50,722 nucleotides of DNA, from positions 76,739 through 127,460 of the forward strand of contig JAUSNP010000004.1 of assembly GCA_030645735.1 (NCBI GenBank), given 5' to 3'. The translations under genes and the position numbers were made by a program. Under the pieces are notes generated by a model. The model saw only the letters and a list, made by a program, of their open reading frames with translations. It did not search any database and had not been told where the DNA came from. Source of the DNA: Candidatus Moraniibacteriota bacterium. Lineage in GTDB: Bacteria > Patescibacteriota > Minisyncoccia > Moranbacterales > UBA2206. Positions 15,076-25,117 of the stretch are shown piece after piece. Positions within the stretch are counted from its first letter, which is position 1, and each line of letters starts with the position of its first letter.

Positions 15076-16371
15076 ATGGCAAAACTCCTAAAAATTGTTG
15101 CTCTATTTTGTTTACTGCTAATCAGCAGCAACTTTGCTTTGGCTGAAAATATCCCCGTTCAAAAATCAACTATCCAAAAAATAAACAACCAAACAGCTGA
15201 CATAGATCTAAAAATAAATGGTTCAACCTTTCCCCTTTCCAAGACAGAGTTGATTGGTTGGGTCAGTGAAAAAAATGAATTGAATTACAATCCAAAATAT
15301 AAATCCGAAATTGAGAATCAAAATATTTGTCTGCACAAAAAATCCATTCTGTGCAAATTGACTTTTGATATCAAAAAAGAAAATCATATCAAAAAATCCA
15401 CTTCTTTTTTTATTAGCACTGATTCGGTTGATAAGTTTTTAGATGACCTCGCCAGAAAAACCAATCGAGATCCAGAAAATGCTAAGTTAATTATGGAGGG
15501 TGGCAAGGTTTCAGTTTTTTCCTTGAGCCAAAAAGGCATTGAATTGGACAAAGAAAAAAGCGCAACAATCCTGATTAAATATTTAACTGGAAATAACTCA
15601 AGCAATTCAATCGAGTTGCCTTACCTTGAAAAAAGTCCCGAAATTTCTACAGGCTCAATTGAAAATCTAGGTATCACTGAACTTATTGGTGAAGGCCATT
15701 CCAATTTCAAAGGCTCGCCTAAAAATAGAGTCTTCAATATCAAAGTAGCTACTAATCGCTTCAATGGCGCCCTCATCAAACCTGGGGAAGAATTTTCTTT
15801 TGTGAAAATCCTTGGAGAAGTAGACGGTGAACATGGCTATTTGCCAGAACTGGTTATCAAACACAACAAAACCGAAGCGGAATTTGGCGGTGGCATTTGC
15901 CAAGTTTCCACTACGGCTTTTCGCGCGGCCATCTACAGTGGACTGAAAATCACCATGCGCAAAAATCATGCTTATCCAGTTTCTTACTACAACCCACAAG
16001 GCATGGATTCAACTGTCTACATTCCTAAACCCGATTTGCGTTTCGTCAATAACACTCCGTCTCATATCCTCATTCAAACAGAAATTGTCGGGACAGAGTT
16101 AATCTTTAGATTCTATGGTACTAGCGACGGTCGAAAAACAACCGTGATTGGCCCAACCATCACCGAAAGAAACCCGGATGGTTCTCTCAAAGCGTCGTTC
16201 ACGCAACAGGTTTTTGACGCAACTGGCAAAATGTCCCAGGAAGATGTTTTCAACAGCGCCTATGCTTCGCCTAGCAAATATCCGCACCCAGGAGATGTGC
16301 TAACCACAAAACCCAAAGATTGGTCTAGCAATGAATGGTCACAGTATCTCAAAGCCAACAAAAAACCCTAA
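15076..16371 (+). CDS. VanW-domain protein with an N-terminal signal or anchor
   Basis: Hydrophobic N-terminus LLKIVALFCLLLISSNFALA. The VanW-type core reads RFNGALIKPGEEFSF...GGGICQVSTTAFRAA. Confidence 0.75.
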   Translation: MAKLLKIVALFCLLLISSNFALAENIPVQKSTIQKINNQTADIDLKINGSTFPLSKTELIGWVSEKNELNYNPKYKSEIENQNICLHKKSILCKLTFDIKKENHIKKSTSFFISTDSVDKFLDDLARKTNRDPENAKLIMEGGKVSVFSLSQKGIELDKEKSATILIKYLTGNNSSNSIELPYLEKSPEISTGSIENLGITELIGEGHSNFKGSPKNRVFNIKVATNRFNGALIKPGEEFSFVKILGEVDGEHGYLPELVIKHNKTEAEFGGGICQVSTTAFRAAIYSGLKITMRKNHAYPVSYYNPQGMDSTVYIPKPDLRFVNNTPSHILIQTEIVGTELIFRFYGTSDGRKTTVIGPTITERNPDGSLKASFTQQVFDATGKMSQEDVFNSAYASPSKYPHPGDVLTTKPKDWSSNEWSQYLKANKKP

Positions 16372-16396
16372 TCTCGTATGTTGATTACAGGTTTAG

Positions 16397-16425
16397 TTGA
16401 CTAACTGCTCTTTTACTGCTATTAT
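16397..16425 (+). promoter_or_regulatory. Sigma70-like promoter (TTGACT, 17-nt spacer, TATTAT) for the tRNA cluster
   Basis: TTGACT at 16397-16402, a 17-nt spacer, then TATTAT at 16420-16425. Confidence 0.45.
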
Positions 16426-16503
16426 AGCCGTATTGCCTGTGGGCAATTTTAATTTGCACTTGCGCTGACAAATCCGCGACTGGTTAGCAAAAATTGAAAA
16501 TAT

Positions 16504-16576
16504 GCGCCGGTAGCTCAGTGGATAGAGCAGTAGCCTTCTAAGCTATTGGTCGCAGGTCCGATTCCTGCCCGGCGCA
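16504..16576 (+). tRNA. tRNA-Arg(UCU)
   Basis: The sequence is GCGCCGGTAGCTCAGTGGATAGAGCAGTAGCCTTCTAAGCTATTGGTCGCAGGTCCGATTCCTGCCCGGCGCA, with anticodon loop CTTCTAA. Confidence 0.85.
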
Positions 16577-16581
16577 CATAT

Positions 16582-16654
16582 GCACTCATAGCTCAGTTGG
16601 TAGAGCAGATCCCTCTTAAGGATATGGTCCCAGGTTCAAGTCCTGGTGAGTGCA
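16582..16654 (+). tRNA. tRNA-Lys(CUU)
   Basis: The sequence is GCACTCATAGCTCAGTTGGTAGAGCAGATCCCTCTTAAGGATATGGTCCCAGGTTCAAGTCCTGGTGAGTGCA, with anticodon loop CTCTTAA. Confidence 0.85.
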
Positions 16655-16682
16655 CTAAAAGAATAGTAAAAGTCTATAGTGG

Positions 16683-16757
16683 GGCGGCCATCGTCTATCG
16701 GTAAGACATCAGTTTGTGGTACTGAGAAGCTGGGTTCAACTCCCAGTGGCCGCCCCA
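16683..16757 (+). tRNA. tRNA-His(GUG) with encoded G-1 and CCA
   Basis: The parse is G(-1) GCGGCCA TC GTCT ATCGGTA AGAC A TCAGT TTGTGGT ACTGA GAAG CTGGG TTCAACT CCCAG TGGCCGC C CCA. G-1 pairs with C73, as is typical of bacterial tRNA-His. Confidence 0.85.
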
Positions 16758-16775
16758 GTATAGATTTTTATTTTA

Positions 16776-16848
16776 GCGCCCTTAGCTCAGTGGATAGAGT
16801 ACTTGGCTTCGAACCAAGGGGTCGTAGGTTCAAATCCTGCAGGGCGCA
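16776..16848 (+). tRNA. tRNA-Arg(UCG)
   Basis: The sequence is GCGCCCTTAGCTCAGTGGATAGAGTACTTGGCTTCGAACCAAGGGGTCGTAGGTTCAAATCCTGCAGGGCGCA, with anticodon loop CTTCGAA. Confidence 0.85.
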
Positions 16849-16895
16849 CACGATTAAATTCGAAGTACGAAATCACAAATTCGAAACAATTTCTT

Positions 16896-16925
16896 AAAAA
16901 TGGTCTGACTTGTCAGGCCATTTTT
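16896..16925 (+). terminator. Terminator of the tRNA cluster
   Basis: The sequence is aaaaatggtctgac-ttgt-caggccattttt, with one G:U pair. Confidence 0.6.
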
Positions 16926-16935
16926 CAGCAAAAAT

Positions 16936-17625
16936 ATGCCACAAAAAAACGCTTGGGAAAAAGAATATCAGAACCCGCTTTTCATCACCAAGGGTGACAA
17001 ACCACAGAGTGATGTTTTGCGTTTTCTAAAATTTTTCAAAAAGCAGACTGGCCACAAAATTTATAATCTACGCGTACTCGACCTTGGTTGTGGCACAGGG
17101 CGCAATGCCAATTATCTAGCCAATTTAGATAACACTGTCTGTGGGATTGAAATCTCGCCCACTGCACTGTCGTTAGCACAAAAACGCGCTCAGAATCTAG
17201 GAGTTTCCGTGCAATACCTAGAACAAAGTATTGGCGAAAAATATCCATTTGCGGATAAAAGTTTTGATTTAATTCTAGATGTCACTTCCTCTAACGCGCT
17301 AAATGAAAGAGAAAGAGAAACTTATTTGCAAGAAACAGCGCGAACTCTGCAAAATGAGGGCTATTTATTTGTCAGGGCGCTATGCCGAGACGGTGACAAG
17401 AACGCCAAGAAGTTGATTGAGAAATTTCCCGGCGCAGAAAAAGACACTTACGAAATGCCCAGAAGCGGACTTGTGGAAAGAGTTTTCTCCGAACAAGACT
17501 TTCGCGCGACTTATGGAAAATTTTTCCAAATTCTGCAGCTTAGTAAAAAAACTGGCTACACCAATTTTGACGGACAACCATATAAAAGAAATTATTGGAT
17601 TGCCTATCTCAAGAAAATATCCTAA
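16936..17625 (+). CDS. Class I SAM-dependent methyltransferase
   Basis: Motif I VLDLGCGTGRN followed by an acidic residue after beta-2 (GIEIS). Confidence 0.8.
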   Translation: MPQKNAWEKEYQNPLFITKGDKPQSDVLRFLKFFKKQTGHKIYNLRVLDLGCGTGRNANYLANLDNTVCGIEISPTALSLAQKRAQNLGVSVQYLEQSIGEKYPFADKSFDLILDVTSSNALNERERETYLQETARTLQNEGYLFVRALCRDGDKNAKKLIEKFPGAEKDTYEMPRSGLVERVFSEQDFRATYGKFFQILQLSKKTGYTNFDGQPYKRNYWIAYLKKIS

Positions 17626-17630
17626 AAAAT

Positions 17631-17659
17631 GTAGAGACGCCCCACTGGGGCGTCTCTAC
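17631..17659. repeat. GTAGAGACG/CGTCTCTAC hairpin in a terminator position between convergent genes
   Basis: The sequence is gtagagacgcccca-c-tggggcgtctctac, 6 nt after the methyltransferase stop. Confidence 0.8.
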
Positions 17660-17678
17660 ATTCAGGACAATTTATTTT

Positions 17679-18005
17679 TTATTTTAATTTAAAAATATCC
17701 TTTTTAGTGTCAATGTTTTTTTGATATTCATCCTGCCTTGCGGTTATACCCCTTAAAACTTTTTCAAATTTTGTCTTATTGAAAGTAGCGCTGGCTTTTT
17801 TAGTGTTCATATATTCTTGCTTTCTCACCTCGTCCCACTGATATTCATAGGCATATCCATACCAAAGATAACCGCAATATCCAATAGCCATAATAAGAAT
17901 CGCCAGTAAAACACACGCTTCTTTGCGCATAATGAAACAACTGATTTTTTTAAACAAATCACTTGGATTGATACCGCTTTGCAAATTTTTTAGATCTATT
18001 TTCAT
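17679..18005 (-). CDS. Small single-TM protein, last gene of the pilus operon
   Basis: 108 aa with one TM helix (VLLAILIMAIGYCGYLWY). Its ATG overlaps the stop of the upstream pilO-like gene by 4 nt. Confidence 0.5.
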   Translation of the reverse strand: MKIDLKNLQSGINPSDLFKKISCFIMRKEACVLLAILIMAIGYCGYLWYGYAYEYQWDEVRKQEYMNTKKASATFNKTKFEKVLRGITARQDEYQKNIDTKKDIFKLK

Positions 18006-18661
18006 TTTTTTATATACACCACCACATCTAAAATGCTATTTACAATCTCTTTGCCAACTGCTACTTTCTTTGTATTTGAGGCGGCATCGAATGGATTTGG
18101 ATTGATAGCAGACATATCTGGTTCCTTTTTTTCAGAGCTCACGGATATGATATTGACCGTTTTCTTATAATTTTCCAACTTGTGAATAAAATTCAGCAGA
18201 TTGACATAATCACCCTCTATAGCAATCTTCATGGAAAGATAGTTGGCATAGGCTAATTTGGTCTTGATATCGCCCTCATTTCCCTTCTGTTTAGCTGCCG
18301 TTTTGACATCCGCTACATCCTGAATTCGAAATTCAATTTTATTGTTAGTCTCCGCGGCTATAGCCTCGAGTTCCTTGATTAGCTCAACCTCGCTATTTGG
18401 CTCAATAACTATAGTGAAATCGCCTTCATTATCTTTAAATTTATTATAATTTTCTTTCATGCTAGGCACATCCGCCAATCTTTTTTCATTTAACTCTCCA
18501 TCAATTTTTTTCTGTTGAATTTCATCGGCCTTATTATTTATTTTATCTATAATCGGCATACCCACGAAATATAAGAGCGCAAAAACCACCGCCACATAGG
18601 TGCCGATTATTAATTGAATTTTATATATTTTCAAAAAATCTTTCATTTGTTTTTTATACAT
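18002..18661 (-). CDS. PilO-like pilus assembly protein
   Basis: 219 aa with an N-terminal TM helix and a coiled-coil segment. It sits directly after the pilN-like gene with overlapping ends. The call rests on position and architecture only. Confidence 0.5.
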   Translation of the reverse strand: MYKKQMKDFLKIYKIQLIIGTYVAVVFALLYFVGMPIIDKINNKADEIQQKKIDGELNEKRLADVPSMKENYNKFKDNEGDFTIVIEPNSEVELIKELEAIAAETNNKIEFRIQDVADVKTAAKQKGNEGDIKTKLAYANYLSMKIAIEGDYVNLLNFIHKLENYKKTVNIISVSSEKKEPDMSAINPNPFDAASNTKKVAVGKEIVNSILDVVVYIKK

Positions 18662-19197
18662 TCCTCTTTTATATCAAACTCTATCTGAAACTCCACATTC
18701 TCCTTTGAGGCTAAATTGGAAAGTGGCAGATTCACATTAGCAAAACAAGGTTCCTGTGCAAGACTGTCCTTCATGGCTATCAAAATATCGCGTGTATCCG
18801 CTATGCCAGCGATTAGCACTTTATAATTCTTGTTTGCTAGCTTATTTACACCCACGCCGTCTGGCATGGCGCTGTTTAATTTATCAAACATCCGTGACCA
18901 ATATAGCTGGTCATTTTGAATTGATTCATCCAGCGTCACCTGCGCATTCACTGTCTTAAAATTACTGTCTAAATTTGTGATGGTTTCATATTTTTCCTTG
19001 CTCTGTTTGCTCTCAAATTCACTGGTTTGCGCATCTAGATTGAACTTCAATAAATAATTCAAACTAAAAAGCAGAGCAAAAAAGACAAGTATAATAACTG
19101 CCAGCTCAATTTCCCATCGCAAAATCAATCTCATTTTACTTGATTGAGCTATTTCATCTTTTCGATATTGCGGGATGAGATTTAATTTAATTTCCAT
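18643..19197 (-). CDS. PilN-like pilus assembly protein
   Basis: N-terminal LNLIPQ motif (compare INLLP of PilN) followed by a single TM helix. It overlaps pilM by 11 nt. Confidence 0.6.
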   Translation of the reverse strand: MEIKLNLIPQYRKDEIAQSSKMRLILRWEIELAVIILVFFALLFSLNYLLKFNLDAQTSEFESKQSKEKYETITNLDSNFKTVNAQVTLDESIQNDQLYWSRMFDKLNSAMPDGVGVNKLANKNYKVLIAGIADTRDILIAMKDSLAQEPCFANVNLPLSNLASKENVEFQIEFDIKEECIKNK

Positions 19198-20266
19198 AAT
19201 TCATTCCCCTGATAGCTAGGCCAATGGCCGTAACATATCGAACGGAGGTTTCCTTATTGATTGTAGGTAAATTATCTTCTGTTTTCAAATTGACCCACGG
19301 GTTGCCCACCAACACTTCTTTTTGAGTTCTTTGATGCAAATATTCCGGCAAACCTTTCATACTTGACCCACCTCCACATAAAATTATTTTGTTTATGCCT
19401 TGCGACCGCCCAGACATCTCACCATAAAAATCCATTGTCTTATTTATTTCCATTACTAAATTTTCTATCAGCGGACTAACAGCGCTAAAAATTGGATTGC
19501 CGTCGCCCGCGTTGGCTATCCCATTGTTAACTTTCACCTTCTCAGCGTCAGCGCTACTTAAATTTAGAGCTTTGCTAATGGCATCATTGATACTTTCTGA
19601 AGAAAATGGAATGCTTGAAGTGAAATATGGCACCACGCCATCAGCGATTATAAAGCTTGTCCTGCGCGCGCCCAAATCTACAATCAATGATATCTCTCCT
19701 TGGACTGCGTTACTATCCACTAAACTCCGAATGCTAGCTATTGATTCAACTTCCAACCCATAGACATCTAGCCCCGCTAATTTCAAGACATTCATCCAGC
19801 TATCTACGATTTCTCTGGAAACTGCCACTGTTAACACCTGCTGTTTATCGTTTTCATCAACTTCCAAAAATTGCCAATCAAAATATACTTCTGCCAAAGA
19901 CATCGGCATATTAGCCTCCATTTCCCACTTGACTGCCTCGCGAGCCTCTTCCTCGCTCATTTTCGGAATAGTAATTATGCGCACAAAGGCTTTCGATTCT
20001 GGCAAAGAACAGATGACTTTGTTAGAATTTATTTTTTTCGCGCTAGCAGATTTCAACACGGACTTAATTGCCTCAGCCACAACATCTAGATTAATTATCC
20101 GCCCATCTTCAATATTACCCAAAGGGATGTCCATTGAGCCATACCCTCGCACCACATCACGGTTACCATCTTTTTCAATTTGAAAAACCTTAACCGAAAG
20201 ATCGCTCAGATCCAACCCAATTATTTTTGGTTCAAAGTTTATTATATTTTTATTGAGAAAGCTCAT
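19187..20266 (-). CDS. pilM: Type IV pilus assembly ATPase-fold protein PilM
   Basis: Actin-like motifs IGLDLSDLSVKV, LIVDLGARRTSF and ILCGGGSSMKGLPEYL. I place the start at MSFLNK (20266), because the 15 upstream codons of the track ORF lie within the CGTGAAACG word repeat. Confidence 0.8.
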   Translation of the reverse strand: MSFLNKNIINFEPKIIGLDLSDLSVKVFQIEKDGNRDVVRGYGSMDIPLGNIEDGRIINLDVVAEAIKSVLKSASAKKINSNKVICSLPESKAFVRIITIPKMSEEEAREAVKWEMEANMPMSLAEVYFDWQFLEVDENDKQQVLTVAVSREIVDSWMNVLKLAGLDVYGLEVESIASIRSLVDSNAVQGEISLIVDLGARRTSFIIADGVVPYFTSSIPFSSESINDAISKALNLSSADAEKVKVNNGIANAGDGNPIFSAVSPLIENLVMEINKTMDFYGEMSGRSQGINKIILCGGGSSMKGLPEYLHQRTQKEVLVGNPWVNLKTEDNLPTINKETSVRYVTAIGLAIRGMNYGN

Positions 20267-20325
20267 GACGTGAAACTTAAAACGTGAAACGTAAAACGTT
20301 ATGCGATACACGTTACACGATATAC
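20267..20325. repeat. Degenerate-word repeat of the CGTGAAACG family
   Basis: The sequence is gacgtgaaacttaaaacgtgaaacgtaaaacgttatgcgatacacgttacacgatatac. It shares its words with the insertion inside uvrC at 35207-35314. Confidence 0.7.
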
Positions 20326-20328
20326 TTA

Positions 20329-21762
20329 TTATAGCTCATCCCACAGATCTATGGAATACTCTGTGCCAGTTGGAAAATATGGCGGCGGATAATATAATAA
20401 ATTATTATCAAAATTTAAAACGCGCGTAGTATAGCCAGTTCCATCCGTATAAGCGAAGCCGTAGCGCAAATTAGTGGCGATTGAACCATTGACCGTGATA
20501 GAGTTTTTATGATTGCCAGAATAATAATCTCGTCCAACGCGACCAGACTGTGCCAAAAGCGCCGCATCGATAGTTAAATTTGTTTGACTGTTTAGTACAA
20601 CACTGACATTTTGCTGGGCAATCAGCCCGATTATATCTTTGCCGTCAAAATTAGTGTACACAAGATTATTGTCTCCAATATAAATATTGGCCTTGGTACC
20701 ACCAATAAGATTAGCGGCTACAATAGTTACCCTTGAATTATTCACGGTCCCTTCCACCCAAATATTATCTTCCACAAAGATCACGCCGTTAGTCGGCATG
20801 ACATAATTTTTTAGACATTGTCCGCTACAAGTATCACAAGTTCCGCCACCCGAAGTTCTCTTATATTTAGAAATGCTATATGACGAAGAACTATACGTAT
20901 CTACTGTACATACATCAAAAGTGCCATTATTCTTAAGGATGATTCTCCTGCCTCCGCCAGTTTGATCAAAATATAATCCATGCCCAGCAATTTTGGATTC
21001 TGTTTTTATATTATTCAGGTCAGAGAGAATCCCATTGAAATCGATTACTGGCAACGGAAATTGCCGCCCAGCTTGAAAAACATCTGCCCGTTGCGGAACT
21101 GCGTTTGGTGGCAACGAATCTGTCGGAGAAATGTGTGTATGCACGCCAAATTCATTTCCACCAGAATGATCTGGATCATCATATTTGTCCATTGAACTGC
21201 TTACGATATTATGCGCTACACCATCGAAGCGAATGCCGTTATTCGAATGAATTTTGCCATAAACTTCCGTGCCTGCGCCAAACCTCATAACATCATTAGC
21301 CGCCACTGCAAACTCACTCCAAGAAGGTCGGCGAAATCTGGCCTGCACCACTCTCTTCACATCTGGATCTTTGTATGTCCAGCCGGTTGATTTCACCATC
21401 ACGATTGTTGAATCTAAATCAGGCGCATCAACTTGAATCTTATATTTACCAATCGCCCCGCCCTCTGGGTCAAAAAATTCAGCTTCATACGGAGTGTTCA
21501 CGCCATAGGGATTGCCACTCTGCCAAAAAGTTTTTATTTGCTGAGCAGTTTTTCCGGATACTTGATGCGCAAGATACCATCGATAAAAGTATATTCCAGC
21601 TTCAGCCACTTGAAAAGATTGCTCCTTTTCACTGCGATAAAAACTAAAATTCAATTGCGAAGTGATATACCGCAAAAGAGAGGTTGAAATGATGGCCACA
21701 ATCGCCATGATAACTAAGGCATAAGCCAACACCGATCCTTTTTTGTTGTTTTTTATAATCAT
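20329..21762 (-). CDS. Large pilus-associated protein with a PilX-like N-terminal anchor
   Basis: 477 aa. The N-terminus KKGSVLAYALVIMAIVAIISTSLLRYI resembles a PilX_N-type hydrophobic segment. The remainder is predicted extracellular and unrecognised. Confidence 0.55.
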   Translation of the reverse strand: MIIKNNKKGSVLAYALVIMAIVAIISTSLLRYITSQLNFSFYRSEKEQSFQVAEAGIYFYRWYLAHQVSGKTAQQIKTFWQSGNPYGVNTPYEAEFFDPEGGAIGKYKIQVDAPDLDSTIVMVKSTGWTYKDPDVKRVVQARFRRPSWSEFAVAANDVMRFGAGTEVYGKIHSNNGIRFDGVAHNIVSSSMDKYDDPDHSGGNEFGVHTHISPTDSLPPNAVPQRADVFQAGRQFPLPVIDFNGILSDLNNIKTESKIAGHGLYFDQTGGGRRIILKNNGTFDVCTVDTYSSSSYSISKYKRTSGGGTCDTCSGQCLKNYVMPTNGVIFVEDNIWVEGTVNNSRVTIVAANLIGGTKANIYIGDNNLVYTNFDGKDIIGLIAQQNVSVVLNSQTNLTIDAALLAQSGRVGRDYYSGNHKNSITVNGSIATNLRYGFAYTDGTGYTTRVLNFDNNLLYYPPPYFPTGTEYSIDLWDEL

Positions 21763-21763
21763 A

Positions 21764-22399
21764 TTATTTCATTCGATCGTAATCATTTAAATTGCGAAAT
21801 TCTACAAATGATTGGGTCTCAATGCTATCTGGATCGCGATTTGGATCAATATTTATCTTCAAATAAATCTTAACTAATCGAATAGTCGAAACATCTACAG
21901 GCATCGCCACAGGATTGTGTGTCGTGTCTCCAGGATAACTGCTGTTATAATAATAGAAAATTGGTTCACTGCCAGAATTAACAATATTTTCTGCTAAAAT
22001 TTTTGTCTGCTGGTCGCCCGTTGGATATGATTTTGGAATCCCACTAGTTGGATCCGTAATCCCCATTTTTATTTGACGATTTTGAAAATATAAATGCAAT
22101 CTCTCGGTGATGCCATCCTTGTCGTAATCAGAAAACACCACCAAATCCGTTCCCGTAGCTGATTTTATCGGATAGGAGCCATCATCTGCTTGCCTAACTT
22201 TTCGTAGATAACCCACCATGGTGTTTATTCCTTGCGAAACAGCAAAAGAAGACTGGCCCATTTCGACGGTATATGAATTTACTTTCCAGCTTCGAATAAA
22301 AAGCGTCGTGAAGCCAGCCATAGCAACTGTTAAAATTGCGATGGCTACCAACATTTCAACCAGACTCATGCCAGAATAATTTTTTATTTCTTTTTTCAT
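21764..22399 (-). CDS. Prepilin-type (type IV pilin-like) protein
   Basis: Class III signal MKKEIKNYSG|MSLVEMLVAIAILTVAM, with Gly at -1 and Glu at +5. Confidence 0.75.
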   Translation of the reverse strand: MKKEIKNYSGMSLVEMLVAIAILTVAMAGFTTLFIRSWKVNSYTVEMGQSSFAVSQGINTMVGYLRKVRQADDGSYPIKSATGTDLVVFSDYDKDGITERLHLYFQNRQIKMGITDPTSGIPKSYPTGDQQTKILAENIVNSGSEPIFYYYNSSYPGDTTHNPVAMPVDVSTIRLVKIYLKINIDPNRDPDSIETQSFVEFRNLNDYDRMK

Positions 22400-22403
22400 A
22401 TAA

Positions 22404-23843
22404 CTAATTAGCTACCATCTTTGCTTGTTGTGTAATCAATGTGTCTGAATTCACATCCACTGTTGCAGTATAATCGCTAAACCCTGTTGCAGTCACTCTC
22501 AAATCGTATGTCCCAATCGCCAGTGGCGTCGCTGAATTCGGGAAAAAAACTGCCCCATTTTTAGGTGTTGCTTGCATTTCGCTATAACCTGTTGAGTTTG
22601 ATAGTGTAACTTCAGCGCCTCCTATCAAAGTGTTGTCCGAGTCCTTGACTACCTGTACAATCAAGGAATTAACATTATTATTAGCAAATCTCATCGTGAC
22701 ATCTTCAGCATCGCCAAATAGTTTTGATATTGTATAAATATTAGTAGCCAAATCAAGGCTCACAAAATCAGTTAATCCGATTAATGTATAGTCTGCCTTA
22801 GTTATACTAGAGATAAAAAATTGTCCAGGACTCACATCACCAAAATCAACTTCACCATTAGAGTTCGTTGTTTTATCAGCAACCAAATTATATGTCGGTT
22901 TAGCTGGAGAATACATCATATCTGAACCCAAAATCCTACCTCCCTCTATGCTAAAATTGACACCTGGCAATTTGACTCCTTGTGTATCAACGGTGACAAT
23001 TTTTAAGCTTGCTAGCTTGTCTTGCACAATACTTTTCATATTCAACATTCCATCCACTACCGAAGCGGGCGTGTCTGTAACTGAATAGGAAACTGTATCA
23101 GGATTGATTGTTTCAACAGTTTCATAGCCATTTTTTGTAACAGTAATGTTATATCCCTGAATTGATTGCTTGGCTCCTGGCAACATCAAATTTCCAGTGT
23201 TATCAGTCATCGCTGTCACATTGACTGTTGGCGAGATCGATGAATTAGTGATGTGCACTGAGGCCTGTGGCACGCCGATTCCATCACTGCCCATAATATT
23301 CACTGCTAATGTTCCGCCCGAAGCGCTCTGCTCTATCCCTGCAGGTACAAATCGTGCCACCAAAAACATAGTACTATCAACATCTTTGACTCCCTTCCAA
23401 GAAACAGTCACTTTGACGCGTTTATAGTCATTAGGGATTGCATCTGTTGGCAAAACACCGTCAAACGGGTCATCCACGAATTGCACAAAAGTTTTCACAT
23501 GATAAGTGTGCTTACTTTCAGTCACATCTTCCTCCGCCACAAGGCTTCCGCTTGGGATTCCACCCACGATTCCGATATCATCATATTTCAAATTTCTAAT
23601 AATCTCCATCCTTTCATTCGCCAGTGCTACCGCCCCCAAACGATTTTTTGATTCAATAATAAATCTAGTGCCTAATGAAAAAATTGAATAAAAAGTCACA
23701 GTAATCAAAGAAAAGATAAACAAAACCGTCAAAGCCTCAATGAGCGTAAAGCCTTGATTTTTCGAAACTAACAATAAATTTTGATGTCCTTTCTTCATTA
23801 AAAATATCTTCTTTAAAAAATCAGTGAAATCAAGTGCGGTCAT
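22404..23843 (-). CDS. Large prepilin-type protein with carboxypeptidase-regulatory-like Ig domains
   Basis: ..KNQG|FTLIEALTVLFIFSLITV is a prepilin cleavage and methylation motif. Two segments resemble the CarboxypepD_reg fold (MTDNTGNLMLPG...GYNITVTKNGYETV and GTYDLRVTATGFSDY). The true start may be the internal MKKGHQ at 23798. Confidence 0.7.
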   Translation of the reverse strand: MTALDFTDFLKKIFLMKKGHQNLLLVSKNQGFTLIEALTVLFIFSLITVTFYSIFSLGTRFIIESKNRLGAVALANERMEIIRNLKYDDIGIVGGIPSGSLVAEEDVTESKHTYHVKTFVQFVDDPFDGVLPTDAIPNDYKRVKVTVSWKGVKDVDSTMFLVARFVPAGIEQSASGGTLAVNIMGSDGIGVPQASVHITNSSISPTVNVTAMTDNTGNLMLPGAKQSIQGYNITVTKNGYETVETINPDTVSYSVTDTPASVVDGMLNMKSIVQDKLASLKIVTVDTQGVKLPGVNFSIEGGRILGSDMMYSPAKPTYNLVADKTTNSNGEVDFGDVSPGQFFISSITKADYTLIGLTDFVSLDLATNIYTISKLFGDAEDVTMRFANNNVNSLIVQVVKDSDNTLIGGAEVTLSNSTGYSEMQATPKNGAVFFPNSATPLAIGTYDLRVTATGFSDYTATVDVNSDTLITQQAKMVAN

Positions 23844-23848
23844 GTGCT

Positions 23849-23882
23849 AACCTGCCTTCGCTAAGCTACGGTAAGGCAAGGT
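23849..23882. repeat. Intercistronic hairpin between pilC and the pilin-like gene
   Basis: The sequence is aacctgcctt-cgctaagctacgg-taaggcaaggt, an imperfect inverted repeat with one bulge. Confidence 0.5.
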
Positions 23883-23896
23883 CAGTAGTTCTGATT

Positions 23897-25117
23897 TTAC
23901 TTTATGTTTTCCAACACGCTATACATTGGCTGTAAAATTGAAACAGCAAAAAAACCGACTACCGTTCCAATTAGCAACATCAGGACTGGCTCAATAATAG
24001 AGGATAAATTTTTGGTTATTTGGTCAACTTCTTCTTCATAAAATTCCGCCAACTTGCCCAAAACAGCCTCAGTTTTTCCTGTTTCCTCGCCCACTTCAAT
24101 CATCTGTGAGACTAGCACTGGAAAAATCTTTTTTTCTTCCCCAATAATCTTGCTCAAATTAACACCCTTTTGCACTTCACCGATTGAGTGCGTGAAAGCC
24201 CGCTTATAATAAAAATTAGTCAGAGTTCTCGAAATTATCCGCAAAGCTTCAACCACTGAAACACCACTTTTCAAAAGTGAGCTATAAATTCGAGCAAATC
24301 TAGCGCAATTAACTTTGATTACAATATTTTTTATAACTGGAATATTCAGCAATATTATTCCCAATATCTTCTTGCCAGCGTCAGTCGATAATAAAAACTT
24401 AATTCCGATTCCAAAAATAGGAAACAAGAAAATTAGCACATACCAATAATCACGAATCACATTGCTTGAATCAATAATAAATTGCGTTGAGGCTGGCAAA
24501 GTAGCATTCAAATCTTTAAATACGCTCGTAATTTGCGGCACAACATAAACCATCATCACGATACCAACTAATCCCATCGCCACCAAAATTACACTCGGAT
24601 ACACCAAAGCGCCTCTAACTTTTTTTATCAGCTCATGATCTTTTTCCAATTGCAAAGCCAAGATATTCAACACCTCTTCCAAACTTCCACTTACCTCTCC
24701 CACCCGAATCATATTGACAAACAGATCATCAAAAGTCCCTGGGAACTTGGCTAAACTATCAGCAAAACTAGCTCCTGTTTGAATGTCCTCGCTCACATGG
24801 TTAAGCACCTCGATAAATTTTTTATTTGCGGTTTGTGCGGTTATATTCTGCAAAGAGCGTGACAGTGGCAGCCCAGAAGAAATCATAACACTCAAGTTTT
24901 TAGCAAACATCATCTTTTCTGCCACAGAAATGCCAGAAAATCTATCCATAAATTTGATTTGGATAGCCTGGCCATCTTCGCTTTTCAATTCCTTAAATGA
25001 TGTCAACACAAAACCATCCGCGCGCAATTGCGAAGCTAGCTCTCTCTCATCATTCACTTTCATTTCACCACTTTTAGTTTCACCTGAGAAACTTTTGGCA
25101 GTATAAAAAATATCCAT
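23897..25117 (-). CDS. pilC: Type IV pilus platform protein PilC (T2SS F family)
   Basis: 406 aa with duplicated T2SSF domains and three or more TM helices, in the typical position next to pilB. Confidence 0.9.
   Translation of the reverse strand: MDIFYTAKSFSGETKSGEMKVNDERELASQLRADGFVLTSFKELKSEDGQAIQIKFMDRFSGISVAEKMMFAKNLSVMISSGLPLSRSLQNITAQTANKKFIEVLNHVSEDIQTGASFADSLAKFPGTFDDLFVNMIRVGEVSGSLEEVLNILALQLEKDHELIKKVRGALVYPSVILVAMGLVGIVMMVYVVPQITSVFKDLNATLPASTQFIIDSSNVIRDYWYVLIFLFPIFGIGIKFLLSTDAGKKILGIILLNIPVIKNIVIKVNCARFARIYSSLLKSGVSVVEALRIISRTLTNFYYKRAFTHSIGEVQKGVNLSKIIGEEKKIFPVLVSQMIEVGEETGKTEAVLGKLAEFYEEEVDQITKNLSSIIEPVLMLLIGTVVGFFAVSILQPMYSVLENIK

Noticed and set aside
23844-23896. SRP (4.5S) RNA-like string ..GGTAAGGCAAGGTCAG..
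   Set aside because: There is only a superficial resemblance to the GGUCAGGUCCGGAAGGAAGCAGCC motif. The asymmetric-loop consensus is absent, and the segment is a simple intercistronic inverted repeat in the pilus operon.
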